This document shows, piece after piece, positions 42,993 through 54,430 of a stretch of DNA of 64,000 nt; position 1 is the stretch's first letter, and every line of letters begins with the position of its first letter. A model generated the notes under the pieces. That model searched no databases. It was not told the DNA's origin and saw nothing but the letters and a program-made list of their open reading frames with translations. A program made the position numbers and the translations under genes. The DNA comes from an uncultured delta proteobacterium (GTDB lineage: Bacteria; Myxococcota_A; Polyangia; Haliangiales; Haliangiaceae): contig CAWKDB010000010.1 of assembly GCA_963848295.1 (NCBI GenBank), positions 3,584,001-3,648,000 on the forward strand. Reading direction: 5' to 3'.

Positions 42993-45158
42993 GTGGCAGA
43001 CGCGACGATCGATCTTCCAGTCTTGGGCATGACGTGCGCGGCGTGCGTGCGTCGGGTCGAACGCGCGGTCGCGGCGCTGCCCGGCGTCACGCGCGCCGAG
43101 GTCAACTTGCCGTTGTCGCGCGCGCGGGTCGAGCTCGACGCCGCGCAGGTCACGCCGCGCGCGCTCGCCGATGCGATCCGAGACGCCGGCTATGAGGTCC
43201 CGGCCGACGCGCTCGACGTCGCGGGCGAGCCGCGCGACGCCGGCGCGAAGCTCGCCGCGGTCGAGCGGGCCGAACGCGAAGAAGTCTCGACGCTGCGCCG
43301 CGATGCGGCGATCGCGCTCGCGCTCACCGTCCCGCTGTTCGCGATCGCGATGGTGTTGTCGCCGAGTCGCGCGACCGTCACCGCCGAGCTCGTGCTCGGG
43401 ACGATCGTCGTGCTCGGGCCGGGCCGCCGGTACTTTCGCGGCGGACTGGCGGCGGTGCGCCACGCGAGCCCGGACATGAACACGCTGATCGCGCTCGGCG
43501 CCGGTGCCGCGTGGGCGTCGTCGGTCGTCTTCGCGGCGCGCTGGCTCGCGGATCCGATCGGCGGACCGCCGCCGCTGTACTTCGAAGCGGGCGCCGCGAT
43601 CGTCGCGTTCGTGATGGTCGGCAAGCTGCTCGAAGCGCGCGCCCGCGCCTCGCTCTCGAGTGCGGTGCGCGGGCTCGTCACGCTCGCTCCGGCACGCGCG
43701 CGCAAGACATCGGGAGCCGAGGTCGATGCCGCGACGCTCGAGCCCGGTGACGAGATCTCGATCCGGCCGGGCGAGCGCCTGCCCGCCGATGGCACGGTGG
43801 TCTCCGGCACCTCGGCGATCGACGAGGCGATGCTCACCGGCGAGAGCTTGCCGGTCGACAAGACCGAAGGCTCTCCCGCGTACGCCGGCACGCTCAATTA
43901 TCACGGCGCCCTGGTCGTGCGGGTCGCGCGCGCCGGCGCGGCCACCGCGCTCGCCCGGATCGCGCGCGCGGTAGAGGATGCACAGGGTCGCAAGGCGCCG
44001 ATCGCGCGGCTCGCCGATCGCGTGTCCGCGTACTTCGTCCCGGCCGTGCTCGCGATCGCGGCGCTGACGTTCGCGGGCTGGATGATCGGCGGCGCGACCG
44101 CCGGCACCGCGCTCGGTCGGATGATCGCGGTGCTCGTGATCGCCTGCCCGTGCGCGCTCGGGCTCGCGACGCCCGCCGCGGTCGCGGTCGCGACGTCGCG
44201 CGGCGCCCAGCTCGGCGTGTTGTTCAAGGGCGGCGATACGCTCGAGACCGCGAGTCGCGTCACCGTCGCGTGCCTCGACAAGACCGGCACGTTGACCGCC
44301 GGCAAGCCCGCGCTCGTCGGCGAGCCCGATCGCGACATGCTGCGGCTCGTCGCGTCGGCGGAACAAGCGAGCGAGCATCCGATCGCGCGTGCGATCGCGA
44401 TCGGAGCGACCGATCGCGGGCTCGTGCTCGAAGCGCCGGCGCAAGCGACGATCGAGCCGGGCGCCGGGATCTCGGCGACCGTCGCCGGCCACACGGTGCG
44501 AGTCGGCACGCTCGCGTTCGTCGGAGGAGCACCGCTCGCCGCCGCCGAGGCGCTCGCCGCGCAAGGCCGGACCGTGTCTTACGTGACCATCGATGGCGCG
44601 CCGGCGGGGTTCGTCGCGGTCGCCGATCCGCCGTCGGCCACGGCGCGCGACGCGATCGCAGCGCTGCGCACGCACGGGATCGAGCCGGTGATCGTCACCG
44701 GCGATGGCGCTGGCGCGGCGCAGTGGATCGCGAGCGAGCTCGGAGTCACGCGCGTCCACGCGAACGTGCAGCCGATCGGCAAAGCGAAGATCGTCGAAGC
44801 CGAGCGCGCGGCTGGCGCGGTGGTTGCCATGGTCGGCGATGGGATCAACGATGCGCCGGCACTCGCTGCCGCTGATCTCGGCATCGCGATCGGCTCGGGC
44901 GTCGATGTCGCCGCGGCAGCGGCAGATGTCACGCTGCTCGGCGGTGGCATCGCGGCATTGCCCATCGCTTTCGGGCTCGCGCGCCAGGCGCTGCACGTGA
45001 TCCGCCGTAACTTGGCCGCGGCGTTCGCGTACAACGTCGTGTGCATCCCGATCGCGGCCGCGGGCTTGCTGTCACCGGTCGTCGCAGGTGCGGCGATGTC
45101 GGTATCGAGTCTGTCGGTGCTCGCCTCGTCGCTGCGGTTGCGAAGCTGGCGACCGTAG
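42993..45158 (+). CDS. copA: Cu(I)-translocating P1B-type ATPase
   Basis: GMTCAAC, TGES, CPCALGLATP, DKTGT, SEHP, GDGINDAP, YN and MSVSS. Confidence 0.93.
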   Translation: MADATIDLPVLGMTCAACVRRVERAVAALPGVTRAEVNLPLSRARVELDAAQVTPRALADAIRDAGYEVPADALDVAGEPRDAGAKLAAVERAEREEVSTLRRDAAIALALTVPLFAIAMVLSPSRATVTAELVLGTIVVLGPGRRYFRGGLAAVRHASPDMNTLIALGAGAAWASSVVFAARWLADPIGGPPPLYFEAGAAIVAFVMVGKLLEARARASLSSAVRGLVTLAPARARKTSGAEVDAATLEPGDEISIRPGERLPADGTVVSGTSAIDEAMLTGESLPVDKTEGSPAYAGTLNYHGALVVRVARAGAATALARIARAVEDAQGRKAPIARLADRVSAYFVPAVLAIAALTFAGWMIGGATAGTALGRMIAVLVIACPCALGLATPAAVAVATSRGAQLGVLFKGGDTLETASRVTVACLDKTGTLTAGKPALVGEPDRDMLRLVASAEQASEHPIARAIAIGATDRGLVLEAPAQATIEPGAGISATVAGHTVRVGTLAFVGGAPLAAAEALAAQGRTVSYVTIDGAPAGFVAVADPPSATARDAIAALRTHGIEPVIVTGDGAGAAQWIASELGVTRVHANVQPIGKAKIVEAERAAGAVVAMVGDGINDAPALAAADLGIAIGSGVDVAAAAADVTLLGGGIAALPIAFGLARQALHVIRRNLAAAFAYNVVCIPIAAAGLLSPVVAGAAMSVSSLSVLASSLRLRSWRP

Positions 45159-45182
45159 AGCGGGACGCGTAAGATGGTAGCA

Positions 45183-46322
45183 ATGCGGCGACTGGTCGTC
45201 GGTGCGGTGCTCGCGGGATGCAGCTTCACGGCTCCGCAGAGCCCGGCGCCGATCGCCGATGCACCGCCCGGCAGTCCCGATGCCGCGATCGACGCGCAAC
45301 AGCTGCAAGACGGCACGAACATCCCCGCGGACTGGTGGGATCCGGCCTGGACCCACCGCCGGCTGATCACGATCGACAACACGAGCGTCGCGACGTCGCT
45401 CACCGCGTTTCCCGTGCTGATCTCGCTGACCTCCGCGGGGTTCGACTATGCCGACACCCACGACAGCGGCGCCGACCTTCGGTTCATCGCGAGCGACCAT
45501 ACGACGGTGCTGGCGTACGACGTCGACACGTTCAACGGCGGCGGCACCTCGACGTTCTGGGTCGCGGTCGACATCCCGGCGTCGCCGAGCCCGAAGCCGA
45601 CGCTATGGCTGTACTACGACAACGCCGCCGCACCGCGCGCGACCGATGCGGCGACCGTGTGGTCGACCGAGGTCAGCGTCCATCACTTGACCGACTTCAC
45701 CGACGCGAGCGGCAACGGCCACGACGGCGCTGCCGCGTCGATGACCTCGACCCCGACCGCGGTCGGAGGCGAGATCGGCGGCGCGCGGTCGTGGGACGGC
45801 GTCAACGATCAAGTCCTGCTGCCGGCGTCGACCGCGTACGACTTCACGACGGCGATGTCGATGTCGCTGTGGACCCAAGTGAACGCATTTACCGCCGATC
45901 AGTGGGACTGCTTCATTTGCAAAGCGGACGGCGCCTGGCGAGTCCATCGCGGCAGCACGACCTCGCACGCCGACTTCGGGACGACCCAGGCGTCGGGCAA
46001 CGACAACCTCGACACCACCTCGAACGTCACCGGCGGAGCTTGGCATCACATCGCGGTCGAATACGACGGGACGAACAAGTCGATCTACTTCGACGGCGCG
46101 CTCGAGGCTTCGGAGGCGGCGATGACGATCCAGGTCACGAGCGACCCGGTCGATTTCGGCGAGAACACCGGCTCCGCCGACATGCGGTTTCTCACCGGCC
46201 TGATGGACGAGATCCGGATCTCGTCGAAGAAGCACGGCGCGGCGTGGTTCGCGGCCGAGTATCAGACCGTCGCCGACTCGACGTTCGCGACGCTCGGCGA
46301 CGATCAGGTCCTACCGCAGTGA
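45183..46322 (+). CDS. DUF2341 + LamG/concanavalin-like domain lipoprotein
   Basis: Lipobox LAGC; SGADLRF, WLYYDN, WHHIAV, IYFDG and GLMDEIRIS. Confidence 0.82.
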   Translation: MRRLVVGAVLAGCSFTAPQSPAPIADAPPGSPDAAIDAQQLQDGTNIPADWWDPAWTHRRLITIDNTSVATSLTAFPVLISLTSAGFDYADTHDSGADLRFIASDHTTVLAYDVDTFNGGGTSTFWVAVDIPASPSPKPTLWLYYDNAAAPRATDAATVWSTEVSVHHLTDFTDASGNGHDGAAASMTSTPTAVGGEIGGARSWDGVNDQVLLPASTAYDFTTAMSMSLWTQVNAFTADQWDCFICKADGAWRVHRGSTTSHADFGTTQASGNDNLDTTSNVTGGAWHHIAVEYDGTNKSIYFDGALEASEAAMTIQVTSDPVDFGENTGSADMRFLTGLMDEIRISSKKHGAAWFAAEYQTVADSTFATLGDDQVLPQ

Positions 46323-48554
46323 CTACTGGCGCGGATCGTCACGACCGCCGCCGTTGCGATTGCGGTTGCCGCCGTAGCGATCCCACACGTTGACCGGTCC
46401 GCTCGGTGCCGTTGGCGTCGGGCCCGGGCCGATCGCGGGATGCGGGTTGTACGGCGTGGCCTTGCCGGGGATCTGCGCTTGGAACTCTCGCGGATCGCCG
46501 GACTCGGGTTGGACCAGCAAGCGCAGCGCGCCGCCGTGCTCGCTCAGCTGCGTGTACTCGTCGGTCGCGAGCTTCGCGAAGGCCGCGGCATCGGCGACCT
46601 CGCGACCGTCGATCGCGAGCACGACGTACTGCTCGGCGAGGCCGAGCTCCTGCAGCGGGCCGCGCTCGAGCCCGACGATGATCGCGCCGTGGTCGAGCTT
46701 CTGCGAACGCCACGCGAGCTCGGGGAACATCGTGACGACGGTCGCACCGAGCGCGTGCTCGGTAGCGGCGAAGCTCGCGATCAGCTGTTGCGCGGCGGCC
46801 GCGGGGAGCTCGACCTGCGCGAACGCGACGAACCGCCGGCCCTCGCGCGAGTCGTACGCTTCCCAGTAGCGCGCGCTGGGCGTGAGCCCCTTGAGCGCTT
46901 GCGCGACCGCGTGGCGGCCATCGCGGACCCCGCGGCGGGCTTGCGTGCTCTGTGGATCGCGTGCGAGCTCGGCGAGCGCGGCTTCGCGCGCCGGCATGTA
47001 GCTCGGCGGCACCGCGGCTTGCCACGCCTTGTCTTCGATCTGCCTGCCGAGCTCGAACGCGATCGCTTCGACCGCGGCCTCGCTCGCTTCGTCCTCGGCG
47101 TCGGCCTGGCTCGCGGAGATCGTCGAGACGCCGACGCACGTCGTCCCGCGGCACGAGCTCGTGCCGGGCGTGACCGTCGCTGGAATCCACGCTGGACGCG
47201 CTTCGCCTGCGCTGCGCGCGGCGACCGCACCGACGCCGAAAGGTCCGGGATCCGCGGGCGCGCGCGACTTGAGATACGCGACGACGCCGAACGCCGCGGC
47301 GACCGCCGCGATCGCCAGCAGGATGAACGGCAGCAGATTCGAGCGCGCATCCTCGGTCATCGGCCGCGGTGCCATCGTGATCCGCGGCAGGGACACGCGT
47401 TCGATCCGGCGCGCGCGCAGCTCGGCGATCGTCGCGGCGAGCGCATCGTCGATCGCCGGCTTCGGCAGCGCCGCGACCACCGTCATCACCGCTTCGCCCG
47501 CCGCGCACTGCATGACCGCCTTGCATTGTGGACAGTGGAGCTCGGGTGCGGTCGCGAACTTCAGCACCGCGTGGTGTTCGACGACCTCGATCAGCTGCGC
47601 GCTCGTCGTCGCGCACGAGGGACACGTGTACGGCAGCTCGAAGCTCGCGACCTGGACCTTCGCCCCGAGGTCGTCGCGGGTGCACAGCTTCTCGACGAAC
47701 TGCGGCGGCGCGCCGACGATGTACATCTGGTCGATCAGCGGCGTGACCTGATGGACGAGGTCGCGCCACTCGGCGGCACCGACCGGCTCGACCCGGCCGA
47801 TCGCGGCGGCGTCGATGATCACCGTGCCTTCGAGGCCTTCGGCGAGCTTCGTCCGCGGGAACGTCGAGTTGAGATCGCCGGCGAGCCTCAAGTACGTGAC
47901 CCGGCCCTCGATCATCTTGTCGACGCGCAGCTTGCCGCCGACCGCCGCGACTCGATAATCGAGCTTCGCCGCGAGGAACGCGGTGACGTCGGGTTGCAGC
48001 TCGAAGTAGCCCTGCGCCGCGATGTACGAGAAGAACGTCGCGCCGTCTTCGTCGAAGTACATGCTCTCTTTGCACGACAAGCACGGGCGCTCGTACAGCT
48101 TCATCGCCTTGATCGCTTCGATGTCGCGATCGGTCTGGAGCAACACGCGATGCTCGGAGTTGCAGTAGTCGCAGCGAAACGGTGCGTAGAACGAGAACAC
48201 GTTCGCCGCGCCCGCGAACCCTGCGACCATGTTCAGTTGGTCGACGATCTTCGGCGAGCACTCGATCAAGATGATCGACCGCGTGTGCTGGCCGGCGAGC
48301 GCGATGAAGTCGTTCCATTCGCGGATCCCGAAGGACGAGATCTTGTTGACGCCGCCGAGATCGAGGACGAGCGTCTCGCATTGCACCTGCGATGCGAGCT
48401 TCTTGCCGTCGAAGCTCTCCTCGACCGCGCCGGTCAGTTTCAGGCACGTGATCGCGGCATCGGCGAACTTGTCGATCGCGAGCTTCGGGATCGGATTTGG
48501 CTCGGAGCCGACGCGGGTCTTCGATGTGCGAACTGGCGGTGGAACGGTCGTCAT
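46323..48554 (-). CDS. Protein with two STAS + Zn-ribbon units, a TM helix and an extracytoplasmic region with a PDZ-like C-terminus
   Basis: LDLGGVNKISSFGIREW; CDYC...CLSC; CPSC...CPQC; TM LLPFILLAIAAVAAAFGVVAYL; LGLAEQYVVLAIDGREV. Confidence 0.7.
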   Translation of the reverse strand: MTTVPPPVRTSKTRVGSEPNPIPKLAIDKFADAAITCLKLTGAVEESFDGKKLASQVQCETLVLDLGGVNKISSFGIREWNDFIALAGQHTRSIILIECSPKIVDQLNMVAGFAGAANVFSFYAPFRCDYCNSEHRVLLQTDRDIEAIKAMKLYERPCLSCKESMYFDEDGATFFSYIAAQGYFELQPDVTAFLAAKLDYRVAAVGGKLRVDKMIEGRVTYLRLAGDLNSTFPRTKLAEGLEGTVIIDAAAIGRVEPVGAAEWRDLVHQVTPLIDQMYIVGAPPQFVEKLCTRDDLGAKVQVASFELPYTCPSCATTSAQLIEVVEHHAVLKFATAPELHCPQCKAVMQCAAGEAVMTVVAALPKPAIDDALAATIAELRARRIERVSLPRITMAPRPMTEDARSNLLPFILLAIAAVAAAFGVVAYLKSRAPADPGPFGVGAVAARSAGEARPAWIPATVTPGTSSCRGTTCVGVSTISASQADAEDEASEAAVEAIAFELGRQIEDKAWQAAVPPSYMPAREAALAELARDPQSTQARRGVRDGRHAVAQALKGLTPSARYWEAYDSREGRRFVAFAQVELPAAAAQQLIASFAATEHALGATVVTMFPELAWRSQKLDHGAIIVGLERGPLQELGLAEQYVVLAIDGREVADAAAFAKLATDEYTQLSEHGGALRLLVQPESGDPREFQAQIPGKATPYNPHPAIGPGPTPTAPSGPVNVWDRYGGNRNRNGGGRDDPRQ

Positions 48555-49498
48555 GCGGCGCTCCACACGTGTAGCGATTTAGCAGATGTCCGCAGCTCGC
48601 GCTGGTTGAGATCGAGCTCGACGAGCGCGGTGACCTCGGTGTAGCGCCCGCGCGCGATGTCGAAGAACAGCGCCGACGACGCGTTGTGGCACAGCGTGAG
48701 CCCGAGGCCGGCGCCGCCGTGGCTGCGATCGAGCTCGCCGCCGGCGAGGCCGCGGGTCAGCGCGTCGAGGATCCGCACCCGCTCGAGCCCACCGAACGGG
48801 TCGCGGACTTGCAGCGCGAGCCGGGTGCCGTCGGTGCCGAGCTTCACGGTCGGCCGCTCGGGCTCGGTCAGCATGATCGCCGCTTTGCGATCGCCGGCGT
48901 ACTTCGGTCTACCTCGGCCATCGACCGGCGCATCGTACATCGCGTTCATCAGCAGCTCGTGGGCGAGCTCGCCGACGAGCTCGACCGAGCGCTTCGGCAG
49001 CTGCAAGCCGGCGAGCCGGTCTTGAATCTTCGCGACCGCGGCATCGCGATCGGCGGTCGAGCGCGGCGCGAGCTCGAGCGGCGAGTAACCCCAGTCGAGA
49101 AACGCCGACAGCGGCGGCGCGGTCGGGTCGAGCAGCCGGCGCGCGACCATCAGGATCTCCCACGTGCGCGGCGGCGATTCGAAGTCGCGGCGGGCGAGCA
49201 CGTGGTCGATCCGGCCTTCGGTCATATGGCGGAGGCACCGGCGCAGCGGCTCGGCGGTCCACAGCACGCCGCGGAGCTTGGTGTGCGCGCGCACCTGGTC
49301 CGCGATGAAGTCGGCGTCGAACGCATCGCCGCACAGCACGTTCGCGGTGCGCAGCAGCGCCGGCACCTCCGACGGTTGCTCGACGTACTCGGCGGTCGCG
49401 CCGGCGGCGACGAACAAGCGCGCGATCTTGCGACCGACGAGCTTGTTGCGCTCGAGGATGACGGCGTGCAGACCCCCCAAACGCCTACAAAATACCAT
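48551..49498 (-). CDS. Degenerate receiver-like domain fused to an RsbW/SpoIIAB-like HATPase_c domain
   Basis: N box ELLMNAMYDAP, G1 VRDPFGGL, G2 GGAGLGL; no His-phosphotransfer box seen. Confidence 0.72.
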   Translation of the reverse strand: MVFCRRLGGLHAVILERNKLVGRKIARLFVAAGATAEYVEQPSEVPALLRTANVLCGDAFDADFIADQVRAHTKLRGVLWTAEPLRRCLRHMTEGRIDHVLARRDFESPPRTWEILMVARRLLDPTAPPLSAFLDWGYSPLELAPRSTADRDAAVAKIQDRLAGLQLPKRSVELVGELAHELLMNAMYDAPVDGRGRPKYAGDRKAAIMLTEPERPTVKLGTDGTRLALQVRDPFGGLERVRILDALTRGLAGGELDRSHGGAGLGLTLCHNASSALFFDIARGRYTEVTALVELDLNQRELRTSAKSLHVWSAA

Positions 49499-49546
49499 GG
49501 CGAGGGCCCTCGCTTGCGCTAGAGACCCGCGTGCTACGGTTTCGGG

Positions 49547-50704
49547 GTGAGGTGTGCGACACCGATGGCCGGGACCTGCGCCCGGCCAGCAGCACTGCCG
49601 AAGGGCAGTGCGGTTGGATCGATCGTCGCGCTGTTCGTCGGTGTGGCAACAGCGGCGGCGGACCCGGCGGGCGATCTCGTCCAGACCGTGCGGACGACGA
49701 GGTCGCGCGCCGCGCTATCGCAATTCCTCGTCGCGCGCGGCGAGAAGCTCGCGAAGGCGCACGACTACGCCCACGCGATCCCGATCTACGAGGCGCTCGC
49801 GCTCGCCCGCGGGCCGGCGAGCCCCGAGCAGAAGCAGCTCGCGCAGCTGTGGGCGGACGCGAAGCAGACGACCGACGCGGCCGACGCTTGGAGTGCGTTC
49901 GCGGCGGCGACCGCGGATCCCGACGAACGCGCGCGGGCTCAGGTCGAAGCGAAACGGCTCGCCGCCGCACCCGATCCCTACGCGGACAAGCTCGCGCTCG
50001 TCGGCGACGATGCCGACGCGAAGCGCGTGTTCGAGCTCGGCCGCACCGCGTTCCGCGCGAAGCACTTCGGCGATGCGCTCGTGTACTTCCATCTCGGCAG
50101 CGCGCTCGCACCCGATCTTCCCGGATTCTTGCGCGAGCTCGGCGCGACCTACGAGCAACTCGGCGCTTCGCCGCAGCGCCGCGAGTTCTACCGGCGCTAC
50201 CTCGTGCAACGGCCGTTCGGCGCGAACGCCGACGCGGTGCGCGCGGAGCTCGCGAAGGACAAGGACGCGCTCGGCACGCTGCTCGTGTCGTCGAGCCTGC
50301 CGTGCACCGAGATGTGGCTCAACGCCGAGCGGATCGTCGGCAAGCTGCCCGACAAGGGCCTGATCGTCGCGCCCGGCTCGTACAAGGGCCTGTGCTTCAA
50401 CCCGAAGTTCGAGATCGCGCTGTTCGAGTACGCGACGGTCGAGGCCGGCAAGTCGACGACGATGCAGTTCCAATGGGCGGTCGTCGTCAACCAGCTCGAG
50501 CACCCGCTCGGGCGGATCGCGCTCGAGAATCCCAAGGCAGCGGGCACGATGATCGATCTCGGGATCACGTCACCCGAGGTCGGTGTGGCGGTAGCGCCCG
50601 ATCGCCGGCGGCTCAAGATGGTGCTGAAAGACGATTCCGGGGTGCGCACCGAAGAGCGAATGGTGCAGATCGAGCCCGGACAGCGCTTGGTGGTTAAGTG
50701 GTAA
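49547..50704 (+). CDS. Exported TPR protein with a PEGA-like C-terminal domain
   Basis: Helical repeats (FELGRTAF, LRELGATYEQLG, YRRYL) followed by GTLLVSS...APGSY. Confidence 0.65.
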   Translation: MRCATPMAGTCARPAALPKGSAVGSIVALFVGVATAAADPAGDLVQTVRTTRSRAALSQFLVARGEKLAKAHDYAHAIPIYEALALARGPASPEQKQLAQLWADAKQTTDAADAWSAFAAATADPDERARAQVEAKRLAAAPDPYADKLALVGDDADAKRVFELGRTAFRAKHFGDALVYFHLGSALAPDLPGFLRELGATYEQLGASPQRREFYRRYLVQRPFGANADAVRAELAKDKDALGTLLVSSSLPCTEMWLNAERIVGKLPDKGLIVAPGSYKGLCFNPKFEIALFEYATVEAGKSTTMQFQWAVVVNQLEHPLGRIALENPKAAGTMIDLGITSPEVGVAVAPDRRRLKMVLKDDSGVRTEERMVQIEPGQRLVVKW

Positions 50705-50716
50705 GGTCCCGGCCGC

Positions 50717-51913
<1,197 letters not shown>

Positions 51914-51939
51914 CCCGGATCCGGTACAGTAACCAAGTC

Positions 51940-52503
51940 ATGCCACCACCCCCGCGCACCCCGCAGCAGCTGGCGCTCCGCCACTACGCGATCCTTGCGG
52001 GGTGCGTGGTCGCGCTCAACGCCGCGTTCTTCGCGCTGTCGGATTGGTATTACGCCGGGGACGCCGGCATCAAGGTCCGCGTCGAGTGGCTCGCGTTCAC
52101 GGTGACGCTGTTCGTCGTCGCCAAGGCCGCCCAGCTCAAGCCGCGCGAGGTCGGCCACGGGCTCGCCGCCACGCTCGGGGTCACGCTGTTCGCGCTCGGG
52201 TTCGCGGCGATTCGACACGGCGTGACGCCGGTGCTGTGTGCGACGCTGCTCATCCTCGGGGCGCTGCTCGTGGTGCTGGCGTATTACGCGTGGTCCGGGT
52301 CGCGCGCCGCGTGGTCGTTCTTGATCTCGATCTGCGCGGTCGTCGCGCTGTGCTTGTTCTTTGGCGCGCCGAAAGTCCGGGGTCAGCTCGGCATCGGGTT
52401 GTGGACCGCGATGATCTTCCCGGGGCTATTCGTGATCGCCACGGTCGCGCTCGTCGTGATCCGCCGTCAGTTCGGCGCGAAGCCGACGTTCGCGGCCCCG
52501 TAG
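51940..52503 (+). CDS. Hypothetical membrane protein (about 6 TM)
   Basis: Multiple hydrophobic helices. Confidence 0.7.
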   Translation: MPPPPRTPQQLALRHYAILAGCVVALNAAFFALSDWYYAGDAGIKVRVEWLAFTVTLFVVAKAAQLKPREVGHGLAATLGVTLFALGFAAIRHGVTPVLCATLLILGALLVVLAYYAWSGSRAAWSFLISICAVVALCLFFGAPKVRGQLGIGLWTAMIFPGLFVIATVALVVIRRQFGAKPTFAAP

Positions 52504-52592
52504 CTCGAGCGAGGGGATAGTCGGCGATCGCGCTTGCCGACCTGTCGGTCGTCCGCTAAAACGGCGATACCATCACTATCACGGAGGTCGCC

Positions 52593-53225
52593 ATGTCACT
52601 GCAGCTCGGAGACGAAGCACCGGATTTCACCGCGGAGACGACCGAGGGTCCGATCCACTTCCATCAGTTCCTCGGCACCGGCTGGGGCGTGCTGTTCTCG
52701 CACCCGAAGGACTTCACGCCGGTGTGCACGACCGAGCTCGGTCGCGTGTCGGCGCTCAAGCCCGAGTTCGACAAGCGCAACGTCAAGGTCGTCGGCCTGT
52801 CGGTCGATCCGCTCGGTTCGCATAAAGAATGGGCGAACGACATCAAGGAGACCCAGGGCACGGCGCTGAACTTTCCGCTGATCGCCGATGCCGACAAGAA
52901 GGTCGCGAACCTGTACGGGATGATCCACCCCAAGGCGAGCGACACGGCCACGGTCCGCTCGGTGTTCATCATCGGCCCGGACAAGAAGCTCAAGCTCAGC
53001 CTGACCTACCCCGCGAGCACGGGCCGCAACTTCGACGAGATCCTGCGCGTGATCGATTCACTCCAGCTGACCGCGAAGCACAAGGTCGCGACGCCGTCGG
53101 ACTGGAAGCAGGGCCAAGACGTCATCATCGTGCCGTCGGTCAACGACAACGACGCGAAGGCGCTGTTCCCGAACGGGTGGAAGACGGTCAAGCCGTACCT
53201 GCGCCTCGTCGCGCAGCCGAAGTAG
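52593..53225 (+). CDS. 1-Cys peroxiredoxin (Prx6 family)
   Basis: FSHPKDFTPVCTTELG and YPASTGRNFDEILRVIDSLQLT; SD GGAGG. Confidence 0.95.
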   Translation: MSLQLGDEAPDFTAETTEGPIHFHQFLGTGWGVLFSHPKDFTPVCTTELGRVSALKPEFDKRNVKVVGLSVDPLGSHKEWANDIKETQGTALNFPLIADADKKVANLYGMIHPKASDTATVRSVFIIGPDKKLKLSLTYPASTGRNFDEILRVIDSLQLTAKHKVATPSDWKQGQDVIIVPSVNDNDAKALFPNGWKTVKPYLRLVAQPK

Positions 53226-53915
53226 TCACGCACGCAGCGCGATCGCGCGAGCCGCGAACCGCGGCTTGTAGTCGCGCTCGATGCACTCGGCCAGGATCGC
53301 CGCGTACTCGCGCGGCGGGGCGAGGCCCCACGCTCGCTCGAGCGACGTGATCGCACCGGCGTCCGCGGCGACGACCGGGTTCGCGACGCCGTAGCTCGCT
53401 CGGACGCCGCGAACCAACGCCGGCAGCTCGTCGCCGATCGCAACCGGGTCGGCGCCGCTCGCGATCAAGTAGTCGAGCAGGTCCCAACCGAACTCGCGAT
53501 GGCGGACTTCGTCGACGAGGATGCGATCGAGGGCGGTGCGTGCGATCGGCTCGGTGCACTCCGCGCGAAGGTGCGCGAACAGCGGCACGGCGACGGTCTC
53601 GCCCAGGCAGAACACGCGAAGGCACGTGCGCAGGAGGTCGACTTCGAGCGCCGCCGACGACCGCGTGAGCCCGAGTTGGTCGCGCGTGATCGCCGGGGGC
53701 TCACTACCGCCGGCGGCGACATAGACGTCGTGGCTCGAGCGCGAGTGGACGAGCTCGTCGCCGACGATCGCGAGCCCGGCGTCGATCAGATCGGGCGGCG
53801 CGCCGATCTGGATCAGCCACAGCGTGAGGTGTTGCGTGATCGCGGCCGACGTGTACTCGGCGCCGATCCGTGCGTGCCATTCGGCGCGGACGCGAGCGAG
53901 CTCTACTCCGGGCAC
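53226..53915 (-). CDS. Ferritin-like (di-iron carboxylate) domain protein
   Basis: AEYTS, DELVH, GETVA and DEVRH. Start uncertain. Confidence 0.75.
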   Translation of the reverse strand: MPGVELARVRAEWHARIGAEYTSAAITQHLTLWLIQIGAPPDLIDAGLAIVGDELVHSRSSHDVYVAAGGSEPPAITRDQLGLTRSSAALEVDLLRTCLRVFCLGETVAVPLFAHLRAECTEPIARTALDRILVDEVRHREFGWDLLDYLIASGADPVAIGDELPALVRGVRASYGVANPVVAADAGAITSLERAWGLAPPREYAAILAECIERDYKPRFAARAIALRA

Positions 53916-54415
53916 GGCACTTCGTGCGGCGGCGGCGGGTTGCACATCGCGCGCGGCGGGCAGGGCGAGGGCTCGCGCAGCACGATGCATCGATCACCGC
54001 TCGCCATGACCTTGATCGGCTTGTCGAACGAGAGCCCCGCCGGGCACGCGTAGTCGATCGATCGCTGCGGGTTATCGGCGAGCGCGATGCACTTGTCGCC
54101 TTGTTTCTGCACGGTCCACTGCTGACCGGGTGAATGATTCTGGCCGGGCGGCGGCGGGTTGCGATGCACGACCGGCGGCGGCGTGGTGTCGGCTTGCGGC
54201 GGCGGTGGGTTCCAGTGGATGTTTGGGTCCGACGGCGGTCCGGGCGCCGCGTCGACCGGCGCGGGCGGATTGCTCGTCGGCCGATTGCTTGTCATCGGCT
54301 CCGCTGGCGACGGTGTTGGCGCCGGCGCCGGTCCGGGCGGTTGCGAGCCACCGCATGCGGCGAGCGTGATGATGAACGGCGTGGCGAAGTTGCAACGTGG
54401 CGTACGCGCGGACAT
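53903..54415 (-). CDS. Pro/Cys-rich lipoprotein (paralog 1)
   Basis: FATPFIITLAAC; C-terminal CPPRAMCNPPPPHEVPCPE. Confidence 0.72.
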   Translation of the reverse strand: MSARTPRCNFATPFIITLAACGGSQPPGPAPAPTPSPAEPMTSNRPTSNPPAPVDAAPGPPSDPNIHWNPPPPQADTTPPPVVHRNPPPPGQNHSPGQQWTVQKQGDKCIALADNPQRSIDYACPAGLSFDKPIKVMASGDRCIVLREPSPCPPRAMCNPPPPHEVPCPE

Positions 54416-54430
54416 CCGCGCAGCATAGCC

